Source: Octopus vulgaris (taxonomy: Eukaryota). From it: a stretch of DNA of 64,000 bases. Both the position numbers and the translations under genes were made by a program. Below are positions 41,442 to 54,130 of the stretch, piece by piece. The notes under the pieces are model-generated. The model saw only the letters and a program-made list of their open reading frames with translations. It was not told the origin of the DNA and ran no database searches. The stretch lies in NCBI GenBank assembly GCA_951406725.2, contig OX597817.1, positions 64,170,001 through 64,234,000 of the forward strand, written 5' to 3'. Position 1 is the first letter of the stretch, and each line of letters opens with the position of its first letter.

Positions 41442-41956
41442 CACCAAACCGAGATGTTACTGTTGGTGCAACCAAGTTGCTTGGGGTTAAATATGACTTT
41501 TTCCCTTAACTGCTATAAGCTCCTTTTAGCTGCAAAGCTCAAAAATATTTGTACTAAAACCTTTTTCTATGCAAAAGACTTGAAGCAAGATGTGACTTAT
41601 TTTTCTTGTTCCCGTCCGTCCTTCTCACTTTTGTTATAATGTTTATATAAAGTATATACGTGAAACTCACCTCAAGAATATGTATATCAATATAATTTCA
41701 GTTGAACTATGATATGAAAACATTCTGTGATAAAGTATCTTTATAATTTCATTTTTCATACATGTAAACACAGAATAAAATTATTCTCCACTTACGATAA
41801 AAAAGCTAAACTTGCTTTAGTTACATTATATATATATATATATATATATAACTTATAAAATAAGGGCAAAAGAAAAATTCTAATGCCAAATATGCCGAAA
41901 AAAAGACAAAATTGTCAATAATCATTATAATTTATATGTCTCGAAACATGCTGTTA

Positions 41957-42017
41957 TTACTGTATTGGTCCCAATTTCGGGGTTAATTCATAAGAATTTT
42001 CCCCTCGTCAGCGATAA
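41957..42017 (-). ncRNA. Second hammerhead ribozyme copy (in the inverted arm)
   Basis: Same core and stems II/III on the minus strand; one mismatch in stem I (CAGTAA). Confidence 0.72.
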
Positions 42018-42460
42018 ATACGTAAGACATAAATGAAATCATTACTCATACCCATGGAAAAAGCAAGCACTAAGTCCTGAGCAGACCTAAGTATCCCAAA
42101 TATATCCAAAATAGATAATCTTCAGCACATCTCAGGACACGTGTGATTCGATCTAGAAACTTTCACAGAGTAAGAGAACCCGGAAGTGAACACTTAAATT
42201 TACAACTAATGTAGGATAAAATTTTTTTCGAGACGTATAAATTATAATGGTTATTGACATCCTACATTAGTTATAAATGTAATAGTGTTCACTTCTGGGT
42301 TCTCTTACTCTGCGAAAGTTTCTAGATCGAATCACACGTGTCTCGAGATGTACTGAAGATTTTCTATTTTGGATATATTTGGGATATTTGGGTCTGCTCA
42401 GGACTTAGTGCTTGCTTTTTCCATGGGTATGAGTAAGTATTTAATTTATGTCTTATGTAT

Positions 42461-42521
42461 TTATCGCTGACGAGGGGAAAATTCTTATGAATTAACCCCG
42501 AAATTGGGACCAATACGGTAA
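42461..42521 (+). ncRNA. Minimal type I hammerhead ribozyme
   Basis: TTATCG-CTGACGA-GGGG(aaAATTCttatGAATTaa)CCCC-GAAA-TTGGgaCCAA-TA-CGGTAA. The core is intact, stems I/II/III pair, and the cleavage triplet is AUA. Confidence 0.8.
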
Positions 42522-42740
42522 TAACGGAATTTTTTAGAAATTTCTATCGGCATGTTTCGAGACACATAAATTATAATGGTTATTGACAATTTTGTCTTTT
42601 TTTCGGCATATTTGGCATTAGAATTTTTCTTTTGCCCTTATTTTATAAGGTGTTTATAAATTTAGCCTTTAAAGGTATTTTCTGATATGCTGGCCATTGA
42701 TAAATTTTTTTTTTTCGAAAAAAATTTTATCCTGCATTAG

Positions 42741-42778
<38 letters not shown>

Positions 42779-42898
42779 CTAATGTAGGATAAAATTTTTT
42801 CGAAAAAAAATTTTATCAATGGCCAGCATATCAAAAAATACCTTTAAAGGTTAAATTTATAAATAACTTATAAAATAAGGGCAAAAGAAAAATTCTAC

Positions 42899-44704
42899 AG
42901 AACACACCAAGCTTTCCATCCCCTATTCCCAATTCCTCCGTCTATGTAGGCTCTGTAGTGACGACCATCACTTTGAGACTCAGTCTCAACGTATGGCTCA
43001 CCACTTCACCCTACGTGGATACCCCCTCACCACTATCCACACCGCCCTTGCCAGAGCACGGTCCGTGGACCGTGTATCTGCTCTCTCTCCCCGAACCCGC
43101 CCTGTAGTCTCCCGCCACCCTTTTCCCCTCACTTACCACCCCACGACCCTACGTCTCCAACGCACCATTCTTCGAGCTTTCCGTCATCTCCAGTCCGACC
43201 CGTCCACTTCACACCTCTTCCCTAACCGACCCCTCCCCTCTTTCAAACGAGCCCACAACCTTCGAGACCTTTTGGTCCATAGCTCCTTCCCTGACCCTAC
43301 CTCCCAACCCGGCTCGTTCCCCTGCTCCCGCCCACGTTGCCGCACTTGCCCTTACCTCTCCAACACCACCCGCCTCACTAGCACCCACCATCGACCCTAT
43401 CCCATCATCCACTCCTTCACCTGCACCTCCAGCAATATTATCTATTGCATCTCTTGCTCTCTCTGCAATTCCTTGTACATCGGACAAACGGGACGCCGCT
43501 TGGCTGACCGGTTCGCGGAACACCTTCGTGACATCCACCTTGCGAACGACACACCGGTCTCACGCCATTTCCGCTCCACCGGTCACTCCTTGCAACACCT
43601 ATCTGTGTTCGGTTTGTCCTTACACAGAGGCCATCCGGATTCCCGTTTGCGCCGTGAACAGGAATTAATCTTCTCTCTTCGCTCTTATACGCCATTTGGT
43701 CTCAACTCTCCCCCTCCTCATCTAACCCCCCTCTCCCCCTCCTCACCTATCCTTTCTCCCCCGACCCCTACTTCTTCAGTCCTTCATCCTTTCACCCCTA
43801 CTCCCCTTCCCTTCTTCCCTCTTTCTCCCTCCCTCTTCCCCTTCCCTCTGCTCCCTCACTCCCTCTCTCCTCTTCTCTCTCTCTCCCTCTCTCCTCTTTC
43901 CTCCTTCATCCCCCTCATCCCCTTCCTTCTCCCCCATCCTCTCCTCTCCCCCTTCTCCTCCCCCTCTTATTCCCCTCCCCTTCTCTCCCCCTCTTCTTCC
44001 CCTCCCCTCTTCTCCTCACTACACCACATGACTTTACACATCACATCACATATGATGTGCCATACTAATACACACACCAACTAATACATACTAATACGTA
44101 CTAATACATACTAGTACATACTAATACTTACACCAACCCTATACATACACACGTCCAGACCCCGCATACGCACTTATACTCTCTCTCACACACACACACA
44201 CACCTATACATACCAATACGTACTAATACATACTAATACATACTAATACATACACCAACCCCATACATACGCACGTCCAGACCAATCTTACGCACTAATA
44301 CTCTCTCATACACACACACACACACACACACACCCTTATACATACTAATACATACACCAACCCTATACATACACACATCCAGACCCCTCCCACGCAGTTT
44401 TAGCTGGTCCCTCAACCCATTTATCAACCCTATTATCTCCCCTTATTTCGCTCTCGCGTCTCATGTTTGATCTTTGACCTCTGGCCGAAATCAGATCGCC
44501 ATGTTGATTCGTTAGCTACTGCACGCATTTTTTTCTCTCCTTCTTTCTGTGTTTTTCTCTCTCTGTGTATCTTTCTGTTGAAGAGCGTAGGCTCGAAACG
44601 TTAAAGACTTGTTTTATTTATATTTCCTGAGCGCCATACTAATACAATTGTTCGTTTGTTTTCCACCTGCCTTCGTCTTTTGTTTATTTTCATAAAGCTT
44701 CCCG

Positions 44705-44706
<2 letters not shown>
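42899..44706 (+). mobile_element. 5'-truncated Penelope-like element (Neptune-like): RT thumb plus GIY-YIG endonuclease and 3' region
   Basis: Stop-free frame SIPYSQFLRLCRLCS...RGYP...CSRPRCRTC...NIIYCISCSLCNSLYIGQTGRRLADRFAEH...RREQELI...PFGLN, then a CT-rich tract, about 130-bp tandem repeats and (TA)n. Confidence 0.92.
44570..44607 (+). ncRNA. Variant minimal hammerhead motif in the PLE 3' region
   Basis: TCTTT-CTGTTGA-A-GAGC(gtag)GCTC-GAAA-CG-TT-AAAGA; palindromic ACGT stem III; one core substitution (CUGU instead of CUGA). Confidence 0.6.
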
Positions 44707-44743
<37 letters not shown>

Positions 44744-45098
44744 GGGAGGCTGCACCAGGCTCCAGTCTGATGTGGCAGTGTTTCTACAGCTGAATACTCT
44801 TCCTAACGCCAACCACTCCTTGAGTGTAATGGGTGCTTTTTACGTGCCACCGGCACAGAAGCCAGTCAAGGCGGTGCTGACATCGGCCACGTTCGGATGG
44901 TTCTTTTTACGTGCCACCGGCACGGGTATCACAACTACAATTTCCATTTAATTATTATTTTGATGTTGATGTACTTGACTCAATAGGTCTCCTCAAACAC
45001 AGCAGGTATAAAATACTGACACATAAAAAAATATTTTTCTTAGTATTTTTCCTATGTATATATTTATATTTATATATATAATTTATACATTATAACTG

Positions 45099-45535
45099 AA
45101 AGGCTCTGATTTCCAGTACTCAGAGTTGCTTGTTTCTGATCATCAGCTGGTAAACCGAGTCTGGTTTTCCTATTTTCTAAGTATAAAGAAAATATTGAAT
45201 AGGAACTGTTTTGAGGTTAATTATTCAGTTAGCAAAAATTTGGGGTGTTATATCAAAGGTTATAATGCCACAAGCTGAATAGAAAAGAGATGCAAACAGC
45301 TAGCCAGCAAAGATGCATAATCTTTGCTGGCTAGCTGTTTGCATCTCTTTTCTATTCAGCTTGTGGCATTATAACCTTTGATATAACACCCAAAATTTTT
45401 GCTAACTGAATAATTAACCTCAAAACAGTTCCTATTCAATATTTTCTTTATACTTAGAAAATAGGAAAACCAGACTCGGTTTACCAGCTGATGATCAGAA
45501 ACAAGCAACTCTGAGTACTGGAAATCAGAGCCTTT
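45099..45535. repeat. 437-bp near-perfect palindrome (216-bp arms, 5-nt loop)
   Basis: 45099-45314 is the reverse complement of 45320-45535; one mismatch seen by eye. Confidence 0.95.
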
Positions 45536-45960
45536 AGAATTTGTAAGGGACGTCCACTAGATGGGAACTGTTTGGCAAAATCGAAAGTTTACAGAGCAAA
45601 GGTTGAATCAAGTAACAGTGATCATCAACGTAAAACATATATTGGGGTAACGGAAATCACATTAAAAAACTGCTATTACAAGCATAAACATTCATTTGTC
45701 AACCCCGTCAGAAAATTTGCAACAGCTTTGTCAAAATTTATATGGTTCTTCATGATACACGTCCTCATGAATTCAAAATTACCTGGTCTATTGTAGATAA
45801 TGCGGAACTTTATGGAAACGGGAGCTTCAAATCAAAGGTGTGGTGTGTTTGAAGGAAAACTCGAGAATTTTGACTCAAAACACCAACAGTGCGAACAAAG
45901 GAAATTAGCTGTTAACACCTTGTATGCATGCAATTAAATATTATTTATACAAATACAAGC
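45150..45960 (+). mobile_element. Decayed Naiad-like PLE GIY-YIG region, split by the palindrome
   Basis: KKILNRNCFEVNYS...IKGYN in the left arm; PLDGNCLAKSKVYRAKV...YIGVTE...TALSKFIW after the right arm. Confidence 0.75.
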
Positions 45961-46794
45961 CTCCTTCAATTTCATTCTGGCTCAGAAAAAGAAGCTATGA
46001 TTTTTGAAATGTCTAATTAGTATGTTTTTATTAATATATGTTTTAATATATGTGTGTGTCTATATGTTTTAATATTATATGTGTGTCTATATGTGAATGT
46101 ATTTAAGCACATGTATGTATATATGTATATATTTAAGCATATAAAAGGAAGGAAAAGAGATTTAGTAAGATATTAAAAAGGAAATAGTGGGTAATGCTAG
46201 TGGAAATGAAGATTGTGTATAACATGAGGGAGAGAGAGAGAGAGAGAGAGAAAATCAGATAAGTTATCATTAATAATCTAGGAGTATCAACAATAGAGAG
46301 ATAAAAAATAGAAAGTATAATGGAATGAGAAAGGAGATTGCAGATCCTGTTTACGAAATATAGAGAGTAATAACAAGAGAAATAAAATGAAACTGAAAAT
46401 TAGGATGAGAGAGAGGAAGGCTGTTTCCTGTTCAATATCTTACGAAATCTCCTTCTTTCCTTCTATACAATTTATTTTCATTAGTTATTGTCTTCCATAC
46501 ATCAATATTTCGAAGATAACATTTGTATGTGAATTTTGAAGTCGAAAATGGATGTATCCATGATATTCTATGGATCTGAAGAGCCAGCCTTCTATATTTG
46601 CGTTAGCCTGTAAAACGTATAATACAATAGTGGTATGTAATTTATAACATACACACTAGTGCAGGTATGTAAAATAATTTATATACACCAAAATAAAATA
46701 TTTTTTCCATGATGTTGGCAGTGAAACGATTGTTGTCTTATAGATATCAGCTGGTGAAATAAATATATTCATCTCACACCTTTTAACTTTCTTT

Positions 46795-46847
<53 letters not shown>

Positions 46848-46893
46848 CAAATATATATGCATGTATGTACACACACACAAATATATAACATGC

Positions 46894-46942
<49 letters not shown>

Positions 46943-47086
46943 AATAAATCCAAATTTACGGAAAAAATCAGATATTAAATCCAATTTTATAGTAAAATAT
47001 TATATATATATATACAAACATACAAATATATATGCATGTATGTAAACACACACAAATATATAACATGCAAAATGTGTGTCTCTAAT

Positions 47087-47139
<53 letters not shown>

Positions 47140-47140
<1 letters not shown>

Positions 47141-49890
47141 TTATCATCATCATCGTTTAACGTCCGTTTTCCATGCTGGTATAGGTTGGACGGTTTGACT
47201 GAGGTCTGGAGAGCCAGCGGCGGCACCAGGTTCCAATCTGATCTAGCAATATTTCTGCAGCTGGATGCCCTCCCTAACGCCAACCACTCCGAGAGTGTAG
47301 TGGCTGCTTTTTACATGTCACCGGCACGAGAGCCAGTCAGGTGGACCTGGCATCGATCACATTCGGTTGGTGCTTCTTACGTGCCACCGGCACGGGAGCC
47401 AGTCAGGGGGAACTCGCCACCGCTATGATATTGGTTTTACTTGATTCAACAGGTCTTCTCAAGCATATCATATCGCCCGCTGCATCAGGGATATTCTTAA
47501 CAGGGCTGGACATGCGTGGCTGCGATCTCACTTTAGTTGCCGGCTCTTCTCAATCACAGCATATCTCCAAAGGTCCCAGTCTCCCATCATTGCCTCTGTG
47601 AGGCCCAATGTTCGAACAGCTCTAACCAACCACTCGTCTATCTACATCTTCCACAAGTTCCTTCTACAGTTAGGGAGTGGCCCTTTCTCACACAGCTATC
47701 TTCATTCATACGTTACACATGACCATACCAGCGCAGTCGCCTCTCTTTCATACCACATTTGATGCTTCTTATGGCCAGTTTTTCTCTCAGAGCACTTACA
47801 TCAGTGGTGCTTCTGCCTGGCAAAAAACCAAACGGCATCTCATCTAGGCTAACTCTATCCCTAATTAGTTGGGCTGTGATACTCACTGTAACTTTCATTA
47901 CCTGATCCAATAATTTGATACCCCGAGCGAATGGTCCTTAGTTGCCAGCAGAGGTAGGAGCTCCCTGAACATTGCCCAGGCTATTCTTACTCTAGTCGCT
48001 ACACTCTCAGAGCAACCACCCCGCAACAGACTTGGTAATGGAAGCTATTAACTACTTCTAGTTTCTCCCACTGCCATGTGACGGAATCTGTTTTCTGTAC
48101 ATCTTCAGTGTTTATTGCCCCAGTGTATCTGCCACACAAAAACTATTTTCCTGGTTAGCCTTCCTTTGATATTGCTGTACCTTTTATGCGTCCATAGCTT
48201 ATACCAGGTACATCGTATGAAGTTTCTACCTACGCCTTTTCTACACATGGAGCAGGGCCATCTACCTGAAGGGGATTGTGATTTGACAGCCTTCCTACTT
48301 ACTAAGACTTCGGTTTTTGCTAGATTGGCTTTAAGGCCCTTCGATTGGCTTTCAGGCCCTTCGATTGGCTTTCAGGCCCTTCGATTGGCTTTTAAGACCT
48401 TGCTTCCACACCCTAAACTTTGTCTCCATTTCTGGCAATGACACAAGGTCATCAGCATAGAGGAGCTCCCAGGGGCAGCCTGTCTTGAATTCCTGTTATT
48501 GCTTGGAGGACTATAATGAATAAGAGGGAGCTGAGGACTGATCCTTGGTGAACTCCTACTCAGAATTCTTTACTAAACTCGTTGCCAACCCTCATCTCAC
48601 TGATAGCATCCCTGTACCAGGCTTGTACAGCTCTAACCAACCACTCGTCTATCTCCAGTTCCCGCATTGATCACCAGATAAGGGATCAAGGAACTCTGTC
48701 AAAGGCTTTCTCGAAGTCAACAAAAGCCAAGTACAGAGGTTTATCTTTGGCTAGGTATTTCTCTTGTAGTTGCCTTACCAGAAATATAACATCAGTGGTG
48801 CTTCTGCCTGGCAAAAAAACAAACAAACTGCATCTCATCTAGGCTAACTCTATCCCTAATTAGTTGGGCTGTGATACTCACTGTAACTTTCATTACCTGA
48901 TCCAATAATTTGATACCCCTGTATTTATTTCTATCTAAAGCATCACCTTTCCACTTGTAGCAGTTGACTATGGTGCTGCTACACCAGTCATTGGGTATGA
49001 CTCCTTCATGAACTACCTGATTTACGATGCAGGTGACAAGACCATAACCCACATCGCCCGATATTTTAAGCATCCCAGCGGTGATTCCTGATGGGCCAGG
49101 TGCTTTCCCTGTCTTCGTATCCTTAATTGCTTCATCTACCTGGATACTGTCAATTCGGATAGCTGGTCGCTCAATTGGGTTAACCTTTCATTCTCCACAT
49201 TCAGCAGTCTTTCATAATGGCATCTCCAAGTCTCTTTCTTTGTAGAATCATTAAACACAAGGGCACCATCATCCATGCGGACACATTTCTCTCCTATGAC
49301 ATCGTGGTTGCTTCTCACACAGGCTTGCAATCCGAAATACTTCAGTTCTTTGGTCCTCATTTCGCTGAACATTGGCAAACTTCTTTTCTGCTACTCTCTT
49401 GACTATATTTACCTAGCTTTTAGCTTCCTTTTGGCAATCTGATACATTTTCCTGCTACCCCCACTCTTCCAGGCCCTCATGTACACCATGGAAGATACCA
49501 GATTGCTGTCCGACATGGCCAATAAAATCTCCAGCCACAAAGATGAGATCATTGTCACTCGTCTTTAAGGTAGCCTGCAGAAGAATATCATAAAAGTGCT
49601 CATTTGGTAGGCCCGCTTGTGGGGCGTAGGCAGAGATAATTGTAGCTATACTATTCTGCAAGACTAGCCTGAGTTTAAGTACTCTATCGCACACCCTCAC
49701 GACCTCTATGACCTTATCCACCCATTTCTCTGCAAGAATTATGCCCACACCCCCTATTCCATCACTGTTACCTTCCCAGAAGAGTTTATACCTATGTGCT
49801 TTGCCTGTGAGGACTCTGGCTGAAGCTCCTCTCCATCTTACCTCTTGTACACAACATACATCAACTCGTCTCTATTCAAGATCTGTGATT
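47140..49890 (-). mobile_element. RTE-clade LINE, rearranged pseudogene (AP endonuclease plus RT plus 3' end)
   Basis: GVGIILAEKW...IISAYAPQAG...AGDFIGHVG; IPNDW...KGDALDRNKYRGIKLL; RRLRWYGHV; (GAT)n tail at about 47140-47155. Confidence 0.92.
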
Positions 49891-50012
49891 GTTTGGTGAC
49901 AGACATCATAATAGTTGTTCTTGCTTTTGACCTATCATTCAAACATGTTAGACTTGTTAAGGTTATTGCCTCTACGGGGGGGGGGGGGGGGAGTAAGGAA
50001 GCATTGTATATG

Positions 50013-50335
50013 AAAGTGTTTGGGGCATTGTAATTATAAGCGTTATGATCCTAGGGGATGTAAGCATTACTGATGCTACAGATATACATACATACATACA
50101 TACATACATATCACGCTGTGCAGGTGGCACGTGTCTGTGCAGGTGGCACGTAAAAAGCACCCACTACACTCACGGAGTGGTTGGCGTTAGGAAGGACATC
50201 CAGCTGTAGAAACATTGCCAGATAAGACTGGAGCCTGGTGCAGCCTTCTGGCTTCCCAGATCTCCAGTCGAACCGTCCAACCCATGCTAGCATGGAGAAC
50301 AGACGTTAAACGATGATGATGATGATGATGATATA

Positions 50336-50371
<36 letters not shown>

Positions 50372-50472
50372 TGTATGTATGTATGTATATATATATATTT
50401 ATATCTGTAGCATCAGTAATGCTTACATCCCCTAGGATCATAACGCTTATAATTACAATGCCCCAAACACTT

Positions 50473-50473
<1 letters not shown>
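50013..50473. repeat. 74-bp perfect inverted repeats (50013-50086 / 50400-50473) enclosing an RTE-type SINE
   Basis: aaagtgtttggggcattg...gctacagatata and its reverse complement. Confidence 0.9.
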
Positions 50474-50536
<63 letters not shown>

Positions 50537-51205
50537 CATACATACATACATACATACATACATACATACATACAATCCTATCACATGGAACATGAGTGTT
50601 TGTTTCCATTTTGGATTAAAATCATTAATAGAGAATTTTTAGCCAACAATGTGGTGTTGAGCACTCATCCTCATTGTTCAATATTAACACACACACACAC
50701 AGATATATATATATATATATCTGTCGGTCTGTATGTATGTATGTGTATGTATATCATCATCATCATCATCATATATATAGTGTCCGTTTTCCATGCTAGC
50801 ATGGGTTGGACGGTTCTACTGGGGTCTGTGAAGCCAGAAGGCTTCATCAGGTCCAGTCTTATCTGGCAGTGTTTCTACGGCTGGATGCCCTTCCTAACGC
50901 CAACCACTCCGTGAGGGTAGTGGGTGCTTTTTACGTGCCACCTGCACAGGTGCCAGACAGAGCTGGCAAACGGCCACGAACGGATGGTGCTTTTTATGTG
51001 CCACCGGCACGAGGGCCAGGCGAGGCTGGCAACGGACACGAAACGGGGCGGTGCTGGCAACGGTCGCGAAACGGAAGGTTCTCTTACATGCCACCGGCAC
51101 TGGTAACACATCTGCAATTTCCATTGATCGATTTCGATTCTGATCCTCACTTGCCTCAACAGGTCTATGCATATGTATGTATCTATATATATTTAGGTAC
51201 GTATA

Positions 51206-51339
<134 letters not shown>

Positions 51340-51424
51340 AATCAAGGAACGGCCATAATAGGCCATAATAGGCCATTCGCTGGTGGCAAAAAAATTCTAC
51401 AAAATTTTTGCCACCCTATATTGA

Positions 51425-51469
<45 letters not shown>

Positions 51470-51610
51470 AGAAATTAAATATAAATTACAAAATGGGACA
51501 AGAATGCAAAAACACACAAAGAGACGACACAAAAAAACAGATGGGTCATTCGAAGCCTCTAATCTTCAGTCGGGAACCGGATCATCTTAGCAATTTCGCT
51601 GATTAATCCA

Positions 51611-51662
<52 letters not shown>

Positions 51663-51729
51663 ATAGATATATGTATGTATATATATATATGCATGTATAT
51701 ATAGATATATGTATGTATATATCTGTTTG

Positions 51730-51767
<38 letters not shown>

Positions 51768-52462
51768 TGCATGTATATATATAATATACTTGTATTTCTC
51801 TCAATCTATCTATCGATCTATCTATCTATCTATCTCTCTCTCTCCCTCTCTCCCTCTCCCTCTCTCTCCCTTTCCCCCTCCCCCCTCCCCCTCCCCCTCC
51901 CCCTCTATATATATATCACAAATTAGAATGACAAATGAATAAACAATTATGCTATGACTTATTTGGTTTACAAGTGTTTCTGCTATAAGATGTAATGTAC
52001 TTATAGGTGAATGCTTGGGCATCACCCTATAGTTTCATCAGTCCTTAAGCTAGCGGGTGATACTGAAGCATTCGACTATATGTTCATTGCATCTTATTGC
52101 AGAAACACCTGTGAGCCAATGAAGTTCATAGCATAATTGTTTATTCCTATGTGTCATCTCAATCTCTTATTACCATTTTGTACTCAACTGATGGTTCGTT
52201 CTGAAGCACATGCATATTGAGTTCTCACACCAGGTTATTAGTATGACTATGCCTAAGCAAAGTATCAAATCTATGTGTGTGCGTATAAATATTTACACAC
52301 ACACACATACATAATTACACATGCGCATACCTGTATATCTCTATCATTCCGTTTATCTATCTATCTATCTCAGTGTGTCTGGCTTCACAGACCCCAGTAG
52401 AACCGTCCAACCCATGCTAGCATGGAAAACGGACGCTAAACGATGATGATGATGATGATGAT

Positions 52463-52512
<50 letters not shown>

Positions 52513-52554
52513 CACACACATACATAGATATATACATATATATATATTCATATA

Positions 52555-52604
<50 letters not shown>

Positions 52605-53304
52605 CACCTGTATATCTATATGCTCACATGTGAGTATTAGTTGACTGGTGGTTGAAGAATTCTTATTGTTTTTGGAAAATTGCTGATGTTTTTCTTTCTG
52701 TTGTTATTGTTGTTGCTGCAGTTGCCAATGTTTGTTTTGTTTATTTATTATTTTTATTTTGTAAGTAGATAGTATTGTTGTTGGTGTTGTTTCAAGGTAT
52801 TGCTGGTATAATAGTTTTGTTTAATTAGTTTTTTTTCTCAAAGTGTCATCTTTGATAACTTTTTTGTTGTTCATGCTTTTGTTGTGGTTACTGTTGTTGT
52901 TGTTGTTATTTTTATTGTTGCTCTTATTGTTATTGTCGTCAATTCTGTTTACTGTTATGTTCATTATAGTTGTTGCTCTTGTCTATTGTCAGCTGTATGG
53001 TTGCAACATTTCAAAAAATCTTTTATCATACTACTTAAACGAGGTCAGTAAGTACAACCAACTGAAATTGATTATAAAGATAAACATTAACTAAATAAAC
53101 AAACAAAAAATGTATTTGTTTAGGATTAAACAGAAGCCATGCAGGTTCAAACCTGGTGAGAAGCAGGTGTGTTATCACTCTGTGTTCTGTTTTTTTAATG
53201 ACATAGAAAGATTTGGAAGAACTTCCGTTAGATCTCTGTACAACTTGCTGTGACTATGGTAATATAATCTAGTAAGCAAAGATGCTAAAGCACCCATAGA
53301 TATG

Positions 53305-53348
<44 letters not shown>

Positions 53349-53501
53349 TATGGACATACATTTATTCAGATGTGTTTGTAGGTGTGTCTGTGTTTTATAT
53401 GTGTGCATATAAGTATGTATGCATATGTACATATATTGATATTATCTTTTGCTGCACATATGTGTGTATTTATATATTACCTGTATGTCTGTGTGTATAT
53501 A

Positions 53502-53571
<70 letters not shown>

Positions 53572-53814
53572 TGTATGTATGTTTGTTTGTATGTATGTAT
53601 GTATGTACACAGATACATATAAATATATATATACATATACTCAGAAAGAAGAACACTCACACGCTCACAGGCACATACACACACACACACAAATATATTT
53701 ACATAGAGTATAAAAAGTTCAGAATAGTAAGAAGAAAATACATAATTTTTTAACTTGGAGTTACACAATAATCATAATATTCATGATTTATTCTTTTATT
53801 ATTTTATTCTTTTA

Positions 53815-54130
53815 CTTGTTGCAGTCATTTGACTGTGGCCATGCAGGAGCACCCCTTTAGTCGAGCAAATCGACCAATCCCAGGACTTATTCTTTGTAAG
53901 CCTAGTACTTATTCTATCGATCTCTTTTGCCAAACTGCTAAGTTACGGGGACATAAACGCACCAGCATCAGTTGTCAAGTGATGTTGAGGGACAAACACA
54001 GACACACACGTATACACATATATATACACCCATATATACGAAGGGGTTCTTTCAATTTCCGTCTACCAAATCCACAGAACCTGGAACCATGTGGTTTGTA
54101 AGCAAGCTACTTACCACACAGCCACTCCTA
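53815..54130 (-). mobile_element. tRNA-derived SINE (family also at about 9845, 25180, 29520, 32330 and 36200)
   Basis: Shared motifs ttctttca.tttcc.tctaccaaatccac and tggtt.g.aagcaagct.cttaccacacagcca. Confidence 0.7.

Larger units (their letters stand above)
41852..42897. repeat. Compound inverted-repeat array of PLE terminal sequence embedded in (TA)n
   Basis: Arms about 41852-42194 and 42283-42649; a second palindrome at about 42618-42897 is centred on (TA)n at about 42742-42778. Confidence 0.85.

Noticed and set aside
43720-44084. Pro/Ser/Leu-rich C-terminal extension of the 363-aa ORF
   Set aside because: Read-through into a CT-rich low-complexity tract; the PLE protein homology ends at PFGLN.
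44080-44380. CRISPR-like or regulatory repeat array
   Set aside because: Simple tandem units of about 130 bp with no unique spacers, inside a retroelement 3' region in eukaryotic DNA.
53175-53305. Possible minus-strand terminal exon (DISMGALASLLTRLYYHSHSKLYRDL...) after a (TG)n-AG
   Set aside because: No recognisable homology, and the nearest candidate upstream exon (57209-57282) is phase-incompatible. BLASTX or RNA-seq is needed before calling a third gene.
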